A stretch of 64,000 nt of DNA from assembly GCA_017499595.2 (NCBI GenBank), contig CM039000.1, positions 496,001 through 560,000 on the forward strand, written 5' to 3'. The notes under the pieces are model-generated. The model ran no database searches. It saw nothing but the letters and a program-made list of their open reading frames with translations, and was not told the DNA's origin. Shown one piece after another: positions 17,135 through 29,700 of this stretch (positions within the stretch are counted from its first letter, which is position 1; each line of letters opens with the position of its first letter). Source of the stretch: Psilocybe cubensis (taxonomy: Eukaryota). The translations under genes and the position numbers were made by a program.

Positions 17135-18223
17135 ATGAAATTCTCAAAACTATTCGGAGGCCTTCTCTCTCTCGCTAGCGTTGTCCATGCGGTTCCTACT
17201 CCCTCTGGTGGGCTTGGGACTAATGGAAGCGAACCTTATTATCACCCTTTGAGCGACTTCGACTTCCAGTCTATCAACTTGGCGCTTAATCAGGAGTGGA
17301 TTGAGCTCGACCTCTTCCACCACGGCCTCGCGAAATTCTCAGTGGAAGAATTTGAAGCTGCCGGACTGAACGCAGAAGACCGATACCTCATTCAATTTAT
17401 GGCCGAGCAAGAAGTCGGGCACGCGGAACTGCTCACCAATATTCTCGGACCCAGGGCAGCGAAGCAGTGTACGTACCAATATCCGTTCGAAACTGTGCGC
17501 GAGTTCGTCGACTTCTGCCAGAAGCTCACGCGCTTTGGTGAATCTGGTGTGTATGGATTCCTGGAGCACCTGAACTCGCGCGATGCGGCGCAGTTGTTGC
17601 TGCAGTCTATCACGACAGAGGCGAGGCAGCAAATGATCTTTAGGCAGTTTGAGGGATTGTTCCCGATGCCTGTGTGGTTCGAGACAGGTATTTCCCAGTC
17701 GATGGCGTGGACGCTCCTCGCACCCTACCTTGTCACCTGCCCCGCTGAAAACCCGCGCATTGAGTGGACAAACTTCCCCGCTCTCAACATTATCAACAAC
17801 CCCGATGCTACTCCTCTGTACAATACATCTATCATTGGCAACAACACCACCCCCGCGATCACCCACAACCGCAGCGAACCCCTCTCCTACCCTGGACGCG
17901 AAGTCTTCTTGACGTGGGATGCTCCCGGCCAGATTGTCAGCTACAACAACAGCTACGTGACGAACACAACAGCCGGTGCTCCCGCCTATGTCGCCTGGAT
18001 TTCCCAGCTCAACGTCACCTACACGGAGCTCTTCAATATCAAGGGACGTAGCGGACAGACCATCCAGCCCAGCGGTAACGTGTATGGCGATAACACGGCG
18101 CCTATCGTCAATGGTACCATGTTTATCGCTGTCACCGATACAAATGTCCCCATCTCACCCGCCAATGTGTCGATGCTGAACGACCACATCGTCGCGGGCC
18201 CTGCTCTGTACCAGTCTGGTTAA
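17135..18223 (+). CDS. rds1: Secreted ferritin-like-domain stress-response protein (Rds1-like)
   Basis: Signal peptide MKFSKLFGGLLSLASVVHA; LALNQEWIELDLF, EQEVGHA, GESGVYGFL, SITTEARQQ ferritin-like motifs; intronless. Confidence 0.85.
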   Translation: MKFSKLFGGLLSLASVVHAVPTPSGGLGTNGSEPYYHPLSDFDFQSINLALNQEWIELDLFHHGLAKFSVEEFEAAGLNAEDRYLIQFMAEQEVGHAELLTNILGPRAAKQCTYQYPFETVREFVDFCQKLTRFGESGVYGFLEHLNSRDAAQLLLQSITTEARQQMIFRQFEGLFPMPVWFETGISQSMAWTLLAPYLVTCPAENPRIEWTNFPALNIINNPDATPLYNTSIIGNNTTPAITHNRSEPLSYPGREVFLTWDAPGQIVSYNNSYVTNTTAGAPAYVAWISQLNVTYTELFNIKGRSGQTIQPSGNVYGDNTAPIVNGTMFIAVTDTNVPISPANVSMLNDHIVAGPALYQSG

Positions 18224-18584
18224 ATTTAGTGTATTTTCGATTTCTTTTGTTTGGACTCCGGCTTGATTTCGTTTAAATTTCTTTGGATCGTTTTTTGTAT
18301 TACTTGTTTATTTGTTTCTACTTTTTCTCAAAATTTGACTCCTGTTTCGTCTGGATATAACCCAAACATATCATTGCGACTCGCCGGTCTTCTGTCAACT
18401 TGGTTTGCGAGATCAGGACAGCCTTATTAGTGACTATCGATACATAGATTGTTAGTGGGTGGTGTAGCGGCCCAATTAAATTTAGACCTCAGCAATCGGG
18501 ATCTGGGTACCAAATTATATGTATGCCGTCGTAACACGAATTTTCTAAGCTTTCTACAGTTATCATAGGTCTTCAAAACAAGAA

Positions 18585-20090
18585 TCAAAGATAAATAGGA
18601 CCGAAGAATGAATCTCCATCTTGAAGTTCAAACGGACGTTTGATCCCTGGAGGCAACCGCGACGGCCAAGGCAACCAGCGTCCGATCGACACGTAAATGT
18701 CAGTGACAGGAATTATTTCAAGTTTTCCTGTAGCCGAAAGTGACGCCCACAGTACAAGGTCTTCTGATTCCCAACTCTCCGCGTTATACCTGGGGATGTG
18801 GAGCATAAATTCTTTTTTCCGATTCTGGACAATGTCGATGCATGATGCAACTTGTTCGGATGAGATCTTATCGTGTGTTGGTCTAGAGAACGTTACAATA
18901 TCGAGATCAGGCCATATAGTTGTACTGGAAAGGATCTTCTCGTCGACTATCAAGCTGAACGCAGATCGTTCTGAGTCAGGGTCAACTAGATGAACTCCTA
19001 CTAATAACTCCGGATCTTGAAGGATGTATAGGTGCTTCACATTCTGCGTGTATTGGGCGAGAGAAGTCATGTATGAATCCTGATCGCTGTAGCAGTTGAG
19101 CAGAATAAGAGTTCGTAGACTAGGAAAGATCTTCAAAGTCGGGTCGATTGATTGAACATCCTCAAATATTTCCCTAAAGACAATCTCCCGCAACCATAGA
19201 AGTTCCAGCCGAGGGAACTGAAAATGACGAAATATAGCGCTTGAGAATATAGCGCTACTGCACCGAAGGTTTTTGATAAAAGTGGAAAGCCGTTTCCTCT
19301 TTGTCAGGAACTCCTTAGTGTATTCTTTATCGAACATCTCTCCAATTATGCATACGGTCGTCAACGTCGGAGAGGCCATGATATCACATAATGCTTCGAG
19401 AAATTTGGGCATTGATGGCAATGGGTCTCTGTACTCCCAATGTAACTCGAGTGTAGTGATACTGCGCGGTGGATTGAAGTGAACAAAAGGAATGGGGTCT
19501 ACGCGAACAAACCACAGCTTAGGAGTCGCCAGTTCACCACCAAACAACTCTTCTAAGTAAGCATTGTGCAATAAGCGTGGCATGTACACCTCGAAGGTCT
19601 CCAGTTCTGGGAAAGATAGATTTTGTGGAGGCGAGAAGAAACACCACGATCTTTGATAGGATTCATGCCTCCCTCGAATGTCGATTGAGATACAACGCCA
19701 TCTGCGAGTGTGTTCTGTGGCTTTCTGCAATAGAGAAATTGCTCTATATTCTGTGGTATCGGTGAATACCTTTTGGCGGAGGATATGTGGGCGAGGGCTA
19801 TATGACTTGATCACGAACCACAAATACAGAGGATGGTTGGAAGATCGTTCGAGATAAACAGCAAGTCGTTCGAGTTCCTGTTTATGCTTTTTCTCGTGGC
19901 GATTTGCGTACCACGACCACAATTTGGGATTTCCTATCGCTATCGATCGCCAGGCAGAGCAGACGTGTGATACGATAACTTCCGCAAGTTCGTCGTTGGG
20001 TTCTTCCAGGTTTTCACTTTGGTAATATTCAAAAATCAAGGAAAATATTTCTATCGGGAGATTCTGAATCGTTGCACTCGTCGAGTGCAT
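18585..20090 (-). CDS. F-box-like domain protein (agaric F-box/LRR-like family)
   Basis: IQNLPIEIFSLIF..VSHVCSAWRSIAIGNPKLWS..YLERSSNHPL; single exon. Confidence 0.85.
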   Translation of the reverse strand: MHSTSATIQNLPIEIFSLIFEYYQSENLEEPNDELAEVIVSHVCSAWRSIAIGNPKLWSWYANRHEKKHKQELERLAVYLERSSNHPLYLWFVIKSYSPRPHILRQKVFTDTTEYRAISLLQKATEHTRRWRCISIDIRGRHESYQRSWCFFSPPQNLSFPELETFEVYMPRLLHNAYLEELFGGELATPKLWFVRVDPIPFVHFNPPRSITTLELHWEYRDPLPSMPKFLEALCDIMASPTLTTVCIIGEMFDKEYTKEFLTKRKRLSTFIKNLRCSSAIFSSAIFRHFQFPRLELLWLREIVFREIFEDVQSIDPTLKIFPSLRTLILLNCYSDQDSYMTSLAQYTQNVKHLYILQDPELLVGVHLVDPDSERSAFSLIVDEKILSSTTIWPDLDIVTFSRPTHDKISSEQVASCIDIVQNRKKEFMLHIPRYNAESWESEDLVLWASLSATGKLEIIPVTDIYVSIGRWLPWPSRLPPGIKRPFELQDGDSFFGPIYL

Positions 20091-20277
20091 TGAGATCGGT
20101 GCTTGTTGAAGTAGGTTAAGTTCAAAGGAAGAGGCGCGGGCCTACGCGATCAATATTCAATGTTTGGCATTGCCGGGTTCTGGCTCTTTTCCTGAACTTT
20201 CACTGGCACGGCTCATTTTATTGCATCTGGTACAGGAATAGGGAGTAATCGACTTATTCTAGCGCTTATCCCTCAAA

Positions 20278-21996
20278 ATGTCTGCAATCATTCCCCAAAG
20301 GCAAAAATCAACGAGGGACGCAGCCATGTTGAAACTCTCTTCCCAAATTGATGCGTTGACGAAAGAACGGAACGACCTCCACCTTCAAATTGACAAGATT
20401 GACGAAAAGCTGTCTAATATTCGCGCAGAGTTTGGCGCCATATACAACGAGCCGTCGCCATTGCTCAACCTGCCAGCCGAGATTACCTGCCTAATCTTCG
20501 ACTACGCAACTATTACGCCTCCCGGGTACGGCTCCAACTATCTGTTTTCGTCTCGGGTCCAGGAAGATCAAAGGGAGCCGGAAACGACAACAGAACTCGT
20601 TCTCTCTCATGTGTGTAGGAGATGGCGCGAGGTTGCGCTCAGTTATCCGCGTTTATGGGCAAGATTCATGTATAGGGAGGACGAGAATATTTTGGGGGAC
20701 GAACTTGATCTGCAGCGTTTTGAAACATACCTGAGCAGGTCGGGAACCCAGAGTCTAGAGCTACTCCTCGATTTCAACGACAACGACTTTAACCCTGGTC
20801 GACCGAATACCACAACCAGCGACAATCGCGCTCGTGTCCTCGACATGGCTTTGTCTCACGTCGCGCGATGGAGGGTTGTCACGATTAGGGTGGACTTTGA
20901 TTTTCGCGTCCTCAATCGACTACGACATCTTACCGAGCAGGAAGTACCGAAACTGGAGTACTTTGCGTTCTGCCCTTACCCTTCAATGAGCCGGGCACAT
21001 GGCACAGGCGACATCGAGGAAAGGTTTAACCTGGCAGACAGAGCGACCGCGTTACAATCTACAATTTTTACAGGCGGTGCCCCAAAACTCAACTACGTTC
21101 ATTTAGGTGGTTATGGCAAAATCCTCCCCCCGCTTTCCAACATCACCACTCTGAGGCTCGAAGCAGAAGATTTTGCTGAATACGTGCTTTCCTGGCCCGC
21201 GATGCGCCAGATCATGGATATACCTACCCTTACCAATCTGTCAATTGTAGGAAATGTATTCGATCCACCTGCAATGGAACATGATTTGCCTCTCATCACG
21301 ATGAATGTTCTTGAGCACTTGCGGTATGAAAACGACGCCATGACTCTCCTGTTACCATATCTCCGCCTACCAGCCCTCCAAAGCCTTGTCCTACGCAACG
21401 TTTGGCTACCCGAGGAGCTAGGACAGACGGTCCCCGTCCCCGTCCCAAAACCAGGCACAGGATACTTCTTTCCATCGCTAACGACATTGACCCTCATTGA
21501 TTCGACTACCTCGACCGTCCTCGCCGGTCGATTCTTCGCACACCTAACAAAGAGAGCCAAGACGGTGCTTCTGTCCATTGAAGAGCCTGAAGAAAACATC
21601 CTTATCCCACTCTACTCATACCTGCCAAAGGAATGCTGGCCGGAACTGTCCACGCTCATCCTGAACCTCAGCACCGATGATGATGTCCAGCTCATCATTG
21701 AGTTGGCTACTAAAGGGCCCAACCGCCGTGGTAAGAAAGTGCAGGTGTGGTTGTGTGACGTTTTGGAGAAGACATGGCGCGAGGATTACCGGGCCCGGTT
21801 TGCCAGGCTCGAGGAGGCGTGTACGATCAAAACGCTTTCAGAAACGCCATCGTCAACGTTGGAGGCGGATGAGCAGTGTGTGTGGGATATGCTTTCACCC
21901 GTGTGGCCGCCTGCTTCTGGGGAAAGAGTATATCCAGGCTATACGAATAATGACGACCCCTTTGAAATCGACCTACATTCATTTACTCAGTTTTGA
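20278..21996 (+). CDS. F-box-like domain protein with N-terminal coiled coil
   Basis: LLNLPAEITCLIF..LSHVCRRWREVALSYPRLWA..YLSRSG; single exon. Confidence 0.85.
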   Translation: MSAIIPQRQKSTRDAAMLKLSSQIDALTKERNDLHLQIDKIDEKLSNIRAEFGAIYNEPSPLLNLPAEITCLIFDYATITPPGYGSNYLFSSRVQEDQREPETTTELVLSHVCRRWREVALSYPRLWARFMYREDENILGDELDLQRFETYLSRSGTQSLELLLDFNDNDFNPGRPNTTTSDNRARVLDMALSHVARWRVVTIRVDFDFRVLNRLRHLTEQEVPKLEYFAFCPYPSMSRAHGTGDIEERFNLADRATALQSTIFTGGAPKLNYVHLGGYGKILPPLSNITTLRLEAEDFAEYVLSWPAMRQIMDIPTLTNLSIVGNVFDPPAMEHDLPLITMNVLEHLRYENDAMTLLLPYLRLPALQSLVLRNVWLPEELGQTVPVPVPKPGTGYFFPSLTTLTLIDSTTSTVLAGRFFAHLTKRAKTVLLSIEEPEENILIPLYSYLPKECWPELSTLILNLSTDDDVQLIIELATKGPNRRGKKVQVWLCDVLEKTWREDYRARFARLEEACTIKTLSETPSSTLEADEQCVWDMLSPVWPPASGERVYPGYTNNDDPFEIDLHSFTQF

Positions 21997-22084
21997 GTTT
22001 TTTGTTTTTGTTTTTGTAAAATTAGATCTTGTCAAATGTTGTAGACTACAGATACAAATCATAGCATAAGTGGAAAACAAAAAT

Positions 22085-23308
22085 CTAGGCCTCTGTCCTT
22101 CTCTTTTTCCGGGGGTTGGGTTCTCCTCCAAAGTCTTCGTCCACATCCATTTCGTCCTTGCCCGCTTTCAACCCCTTCATTTTTCTTGTCTGCAACTTGC
22201 TCAGATCTTGATTTCCTACATGCACACGTCCTCTGAGATCGCCCATCTCGTCCACTTCCTGGTTCTTCTTCTTTTTGCCAAGACCCGACTCGATATCGCT
22301 CTTCTTCAGCTTAGGTCTCTTCATAGCCTGCTTGAGCAGCTCGGCGTCCGCTGGCTGGTGTCTCCGCAGAACGAGGTCAAGCGACGGCCCCATCGGCGTA
22401 AGCTCGACGCGCGGGATGCGTGTACCAGACGCGAGTAGCTTGAGGGTGTATGTCCGGATGTGGACTTTTGGAAAGTTGGAAGTGTCCTCGACTACCGCAC
22501 CACTAGAGGGTTTGGGCCGTGAGGCGTACGCCATGGCGGTGGCGTTGTTCAGCGAATCGGGGGTTGGTCCACAGGAGATGCTGATGATGTGCTCGATGCC
22601 AGGAAGACATATTGATTCGATCTCTTCGCCGTTGAAAAAGTCGATCAGCATTGATTTAAGCTGAATAAACCGCGGGTGGGTGTCGAACAGCTCAGAGGCA
22701 AAGTGCATCAGTGGCTTATGTCCTGGTGTCGATTTGGGAGTCTAATGTGGAAATTAAAAGAAAGAATGCCGGGTTGAAAGAAGAAACGCACTTTAAAATC
22801 AGCCATCCCGACCCAATTCTCCACTCCAACTTCTGCCATGTCCAGAACTTTTCCGTCATACATACGAACAAAAGTCAATCCATGAGGCCGTTTCTTCGTC
22901 GTCTGACCGAAAACAAACATCGATGCATCATTTTTGTTTGCCCAGAATTCAAGAGATGCTATTGAAGTCGAGGCTTCATCGAATGGATGTATAGCATTTT
23001 TCTTGTTAAAAGCAATAGCATTTGGACGTTTCAAGGCCATCTTTGAGTTTTGTGAGATTAGTATCTACACGAATATGCATGAACGAGATTATTGACTTAC
23101 CAGTTCACGCATAACATTATTGAGGACCTCGCCTGTATGAGTTCCCTTTACAAAAATGGCGGTTCTTGGATCTTCAACCTCCTTGGGCTGGCGTGCCTCC
23201 AGGGCTCGTTTAGATCGAGCATTTTTTGGTTTACTAATAGAAGGAAGACCATTGCATGAGTATATGTTCAAAAATTCGCTATAAGTTACTTTACATTGTT
23301 CGCAACAT
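22085..23308 (-). CDS. RPF2: Ribosome biogenesis protein Rpf2 (Brix domain)
   Basis: MLRT..KPKNARSKRAL, KKNAIHPFD, TKKRPHGLTFVR, PRVELTPMGPSLD, GRVHVGNQDLSKLQTRKMKGLK; 3 introns. Confidence 0.93.
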
Positions 23309-23681
23309 CAGAGATAGAAAAAAGGTAATTTACTACAGGAAAAAGTGATAGAGCGATATTATTGGCTGCCTCCCAATGGCTTCTAATATAAGCACAAGCA
23401 AATATGATTTAGTGTATTTGGCACTCTCGGCTTAACGCGGCGACGGGCGTGTTGTCTTTTCAACTGAGTTTGAATTTTGTGGACTTGAAAAAAAATCAGC
23501 TTTGACGACTTGTCCAAGGTTTTAAAGAAAACCCTTGAAAATGAATAAAAAAATATGCCATTTTAGAAGGTATCGACTTATTAGAAACATTCTCCGTCAT
23601 TTCAAGCAGTATTCACCAATATAAATAAGTTATGGTATGACTCATCACTGGCATACAATCGGTTTTAAACATGCTAAATAG

Positions 23682-25005
23682 TTAAGAAAGCTTTCGGTTT
23701 ATTGAAAGCTCTCTCTCTTCCGTAACGCAGGAAAAACTTGTTTGTGACTTTATAGGACCGATCTCCCCCTCGGATCTCTCTTTCAATCCATCGAGTTCAA
23801 TATGACCGGGGATGCCAAGGCTCTCAACTACGTTACCAGTAGATGCGGAGGACTGCGAGTTGTCCAACCAGATATGTCTGGCAAGACGAGACGGTCCAGA
23901 ATATACTTTAGTTGACTCGATATCGGCTGTCGGATTCTGGTCTGACCAATGAGCTGTTGATGCCCAAACAGTCGCCAGAAGAACGCCAACAATTTCTACG
24001 TAGTCGTTGGTAAAAAATGTGTATGCCCCTTTTAGAAAGTTGGAGTCACGGAAAAGCATAATCAGTTGGATAATGCTCAAAATGACGGGGAACACGAAGT
24101 TGGATACAGCTATCCAGAATAGTGCCTTAATTTTTGATGTATAGGTTACTATATTTCACGAAATGGTGTGTCGGTTAGAAAGAAGATCAGTTGCGCGAAA
24201 CGGCATTACTCACCGCGATAAGTACCTGATGCTACTGTTCGTCCTGGAGTGTGCATGACGGATTTAAGTCGGAAGATAAATAGAGTCGATGTTGCACTGA
24301 AATTCTTCTAAGCGACGGCTCGTTATCAATTGAATATTAAACTAAACTTACGTATTGTCAATGACCTGAAGGATCCACTCAATTTTGATGCCTGGAAAAC
24401 GGTGCCATGGACTTTGGGCAACACTAATGGGATCTCCAGAAACGGTCTGAACTAGCTGAACATATTGAACAGAGAAAAATATTATGTTGACCATGCGTCC
24501 AATCTTGATTAGAACCAGAGGCACAAATATTGCACACCATATCGGCTTTGGGGTACGGGTAAAGGGATACACAGCGAGAAGCCGAATAACAAGGATGAAC
24601 TCGACGAGTAATGGAGTGCCGCTGCTGACAATGCCGAATACTACTGATGTTAATGGATTAAGGGGTTGTAACGGTGCCAGGATTGCTCGAATCTAATTGA
24701 ATAAAGTTGAGTCAACTTAATGGATTTCGAATTATGGGAGAAAATACCTCGAGAACCGCGTTAAAGAATACCATGAAAAGTCCCAATAAAATAGATAGGA
24801 CGTTTAAAATAAAAATTGGCCGACGGCGAGTGTCTTTGGTAGAGAAATAAAATAGAGCGACAAGCAAAGGAAGCAGAACCCCTCCCCATGCTGTACCAAT
24901 CATGAGAAAAGTGAGCGACGGCTGAATGGCAGCAATATAGTTGAGGCCTGGAGGGGGAGGAGGGAAGACATTTGGCATAATATTCTCGGTAGAGTTTGCT
25001 TCCAT
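23682..25005 (-). CDS. Seven-TM GPCR-like membrane protein with Ste2-like motifs
   Basis: Multi-exon hydrophobic protein: RRPIFILNVLSILLG, LVIRLLAVYP, LFWIAVSNFVFPVILSIIQL, VLLATVWAS, polar C-tail. Confidence 0.7.
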
Positions 25006-25946
25006 TGTATGCTGGGGTACCGACTGTAGTAGAGCAAGTTCGTACTTTATAAATTGATTCTGTTTAAAGCACATAACTGATGTGAAAGGCTGCCGATATT
25101 ACTGTTAATTATTGGTGTCATTGAGAAGGATGTTCGAGGACGGGGTTCAACACTGATTTCATCTTGATGTTGATTCCGGGGACCAGCACTGCTCCCGGTC
25201 TTTTGCTCGGGTGCAAAGCCATCAACAGTTGGAGGGGATTCTTTGAAGGCGGAAGAGCTATATAAAACTTCAAAACGTTTCCACTTCGCCGATATAAATC
25301 TTTCATAGCAAAGTATCCCAAAAGCCTTCATTTGGTATATTTTTATTTAAATCTATTAATCTACGTCGATCACGACAGTTGATGGATTTTGGCATATAAA
25401 TATATTCAAGCAATTGCAAGGCGGTGCCGTGCAACTTTATGAGGAGTTCAAAGCACATTTATTCCAAACAATATATGATCTGACGCTCCACCGTAACATT
25501 CACTGGAATATTGTTCTCTGATGTAAATGATCTCGCGATATTTGGGGCGGATTCCGGGAGTCTTCAGTGTAAAGTTCACCTTGAAATGTTGGAGTTCAGG
25601 TTCAACTATAAATAGCCGGAGGATTTGCACACGGGCGCATGTGCCACCGGGACAATCCCGACAATCATGATTAGTCATCCCATTGAGGGGTCTTAGCCAG
25701 AGGACGCTGAGTCACACTGCCCCTTGCAGTGAACTCTTAGCATATTTATTATCGCGCTACAAGCAATTGAGGTGTTACAACCTAGGTGTGTATCTACCCT
25801 TTACTAAAACACTAAATATACTAATTACAGTGGGACGTGTATATTCAAAGGCTCTGGCCTTCAAGCAGTTGGAGCTCCTCAGGATTGAATGATATGCAGG
25901 TCCCCGATCGCCTACACGAAATCCCAATAATTTACCAATCGTACCG

Positions 25947-26795
25947 ATGATGAACTTAAACCATGAAAATGGGAATCGTACTGTTGAGAAACGCCCAATC
26001 AAACCATTGACGACACGGCAGGAGAGAAAGCTAGTTGATTATCTCGACGAGGCTTTCTTGCAGCTTACTCGGAATTTCAAGAAGCGGTGAACACAATCAT
26101 CCACATCTTCATGCATCTATTGAATGTGTACATGCAGGACAGAGGCTTCTTCCACTCTTAAAACGCTGCCGACATACCTAGAAGCTGTGCGACAAATTCT
26201 TGCCATCGTCCTGCAGATACCCCCAGTGGACCCATCCACGAGCCTGCGAATCGCGTACATGCTTCGCCTTACAGGAGATGCGTTATCTTCTATCCCAGGT
26301 TATACTCTAGGCTCGGACGAAACTACGACTCGCGATACTTTGCAAGATCTTGTCGACTTTCTCGACGATTTGGATCAAGCGTGGATTGCTGTGTTGCAGA
26401 ACCAAATCTGGGATCCAGAGTCCGCAGAAGGCGTCGATCTCGTTCTTCCTGCAGAAATCGAAGGTCTATCGTCTTCTCCAGAGACCAACGGCCATCCTGT
26501 CGCGCGTACCCTGAAATCAACTCCTCCCAGTCAGACTGACGTCACTCGTCTGCGTAGCCTCCTTTTTGCCGGGCAGTCGTCATTGGAGGAATGGTTGGCC
26601 CATGAACGTGGATCAGGCGGTGAAGAAGAGCCTCAAGATGTTTCCAGTATGCTCTCCCGGATGGGCCTGCTTGATGATTTCGATTCGCTATTCGTTCGGA
26701 CCCTCAATTTCTTGGGTGGTTTTGCGGGGAATGTAGCAAGAAACACCGTTGATCCCCTAGATGAGGCCGTAATGGAGGATACAAGTTGTGCTTGA
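25947..26795 (+). CDS. TFB6: TFIIH accessory subunit Tfb6-like protein
   Basis: QERKLVDYLDEAFLQLTRNFKKR|..LRLTGD..LDDLDQAW..SQTDVTRLRSLL; one intron ~26087-26138; start could lie further upstream. Confidence 0.65.
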
Positions 26796-29700
26796 TCGAT
26801 TGGAGTGAATGGAGCCTTCAGAGGCCTTCAGGATATTGTTTGCTTGATGCTGTACTTTAGCCACTGTGAATGGAGAATATGCTTTCAATGCGGCCCAGGC
26901 AAAGCACCCGCAATTAGACGCGTTTAGATATAGTTCGCTTGTATCACTGACAAATCTTTCCAAAATCGAGGGAAACACGAATTCTCCCGGGGAGAGTAAT
27001 TATATACGATTTTCTAGCAGTGTTGTTGTATCTAACAAGAAATATACGCGTGGACGAAATGAGCACAATGCCAAAGGCCAGCCACGCTATCTCATTCGCA
27101 TATTTCAAGTGGTTTCTGCTTGATAAACTAGATGGCAAGCAGTCGGTTGATGCGAAGTAAAAGTGTTGAACTTCTGGCTGCACAACTTGCCTCCATGACA
27201 TTAAACAATGTCATTCAAATTTCTCTTTCTTCGGTTCTGAATAGATATTGAATGGAAATCGGAGACGAACATGATATTCGAATCAAAACAGCATCGTTAT
27301 TTTTGAGAATGATATACAGTTTAAGCAGGAAGATTTTGTTAGATCGGTGGTGCTTGAAATCACCGCTCGCGATTTGCATCTCTCGCTCCAACTTTCACTG
27401 CCATCGAGCAACAAGATTCTAATGGACTTCAGGCTAAAAGGCTCACGGTGTAGTCATGAATTGTTGCTCACCCTGACCCTGGCAATAACTCTTTGACACC
27501 TTTGAGATAATACGCCCAAAATTGCCCTCGGAAAAGCAACCTAACCATTCCTTATCAGTCAAAGAGGTAGATAAGCGCGCTAACAGAAAACGCTGACAGG
27601 GGCAGCGGGGATTGGAGGAGGAGTATAGTTGTAATGCGTGTTGGGAACCTTTGTGTTTTTTGGAATATTAGCGCCGATCGTCTAACGAGAGATGGAAAGC
27701 GATGCCAACAATGCGACGTTGAACTCACACTATACAAGGGGTAGACTGTCGTACCATCGTAGAGATTACCATTGAAGGGGGCAGTCCCGTTGATTACCGC
27801 CGTGAAACTGGGTAAGGTGTAATTTTGTGTTTGAATGGATGGCATCGTGCAATTTAGCTGAAAAAGCCGTTGAGATCAAGAACAGACCAGAGTGAAATCG
27901 GTTAGAAAATGTGGCTTTGTCGAATGCAAGGGTAAACGTAGAACGGCTCACCGTAAAGGATATCTGGGAATAACCAAGTAGGCGGTGCAAAATGAGGACA
28001 GATGAGTGCCGCTTAAAATCTTCCAAAAAAGGAATTCCCGTCATTTGTTGTTGCGTCAGTCCAAACCGTTGACCCACAACTCTTCTACTCCTTCCTACAG
28101 CCATCATCCGACCACTCAATAGCCTGTAGAATATTCACGAACGGCAAATAGGGAGATACTCGGACGGGTTTTCTGGGGGAGAAATCCAACGTGTATGAAC
28201 GTTTCGTACACATTGGTCTCTGCCAACTTTGTGGAGGATTTCCAAGAGCGTTGTCGATACCAATGGCTGGAAGCCGGCTGCGTTTCAATCCCCCGAAGCA
28301 AATAATTATGATACTTTCTAGACTCCTGGAGTATCTCGCTGGTTTTCTGGGTTCTTGATCGACTTGGGAGTAGGAAGGATATCAAAGAGCGAATTGCGAT
28401 TGAAACCGGACCTTTCCTGCGGGTGAAGTTGGGTGTTTGAGAGACAACTACGAAAAATGCGAGTAGACTTCATATGGGATTGTACCCGATGACGAAAGCC
28501 ATGTGAGCTCGCTGTATGGAACAGTGTACGCCGTCGAAAAGACGCACCTGAGATCAAGCAACTCCAAAGCTGTATCTCCTCAGAATCTCAAGCGCTCTTT
28601 GTTGCGCTCTTTGTTGCTGGTATTTTTGACGTCCGGCAATTCCGAATTCCTGTGGCATTTGATGACGGTCAACAGAAGATTTTCGGGAGGATCGGTCAGG
28701 AGGAGATATTGCAACTATTTTGGAGGTTTGATAGCGTTTGTATTTTAGGGAGTGGTCAAATTAGCACCCTACTCATTCTATCGCCGCCTTGTCGTAACGA
28801 CGGGTCTTTGCCTTCATTCCTATCTTCAATCCACACCTACTGGCAAAAGAAACCGACAAACTTACAGCAGATATAAGACACGGGTACAGTTACCCGAACG
28901 TATAATTGCAGTATGTAACCAATTTTAGGTACAGGAAACTGGAGTTGAGGCGCATCCTTCGTAGCCCACACATAACGTTGTGGGCCTTGGTGGTGGTTCG
29001 GAATTGACAGGAGCTCGCTGTGTGGTACAGCGCGCGCATCATTGTCAAGACCGAGTCGAGAGCACGAACACGTCTGCTAAACCCAGCGCTGCTAGTCGTT
29101 GGACCTCCCAGCATCGTCCACGACTTGTTGCTCATTCAATTGCTTGGTATTCCCTTTCTGAACTTTTTGCGAATTCGAAACGATCCTGACTAGAGGGGTA
29201 GTTTTAGATGACGATGAAATAAACTGATATTCGGGATGCGCAGAATAGGAGCTCCAAGCGAAAACCAGTACCGCTGTTAAAAGCTGACTCCTTTCTTCGC
29301 TTCACCTAGTTGCCCCAAATTTACGAAACCGGGGCGAACGACTCCGCGAGCTGCAGTGAAGATGAAGGCATTGTCGGAAGCTATCCTGCCGAGAATTCTG
29401 GAGTCTCGGACACCGAACCATAAGAGCGCTTAATCGACAAAGTTGCTGTGAAGTCATGGGCGTCGTCGCTGCAATGCTGTCGATGTCGTCGCAACGATCT
29501 TGTCGATATTGCCGCGATGTTGAACATTGATGTCTTGGTCATAAAACTTGCAAAGGGGACAATTGAACCAAGATTGAACGAGTGCCACTGACTCTTGAAT
29601 ATTGAGAGAGCTGTGGTCGCGGTCAACGTCACTCTTGTGAACGGCGAGATGGGCTCGTGCGACAACAGTCACATTCTTGGAAATTACTCTCCGGGGAATT

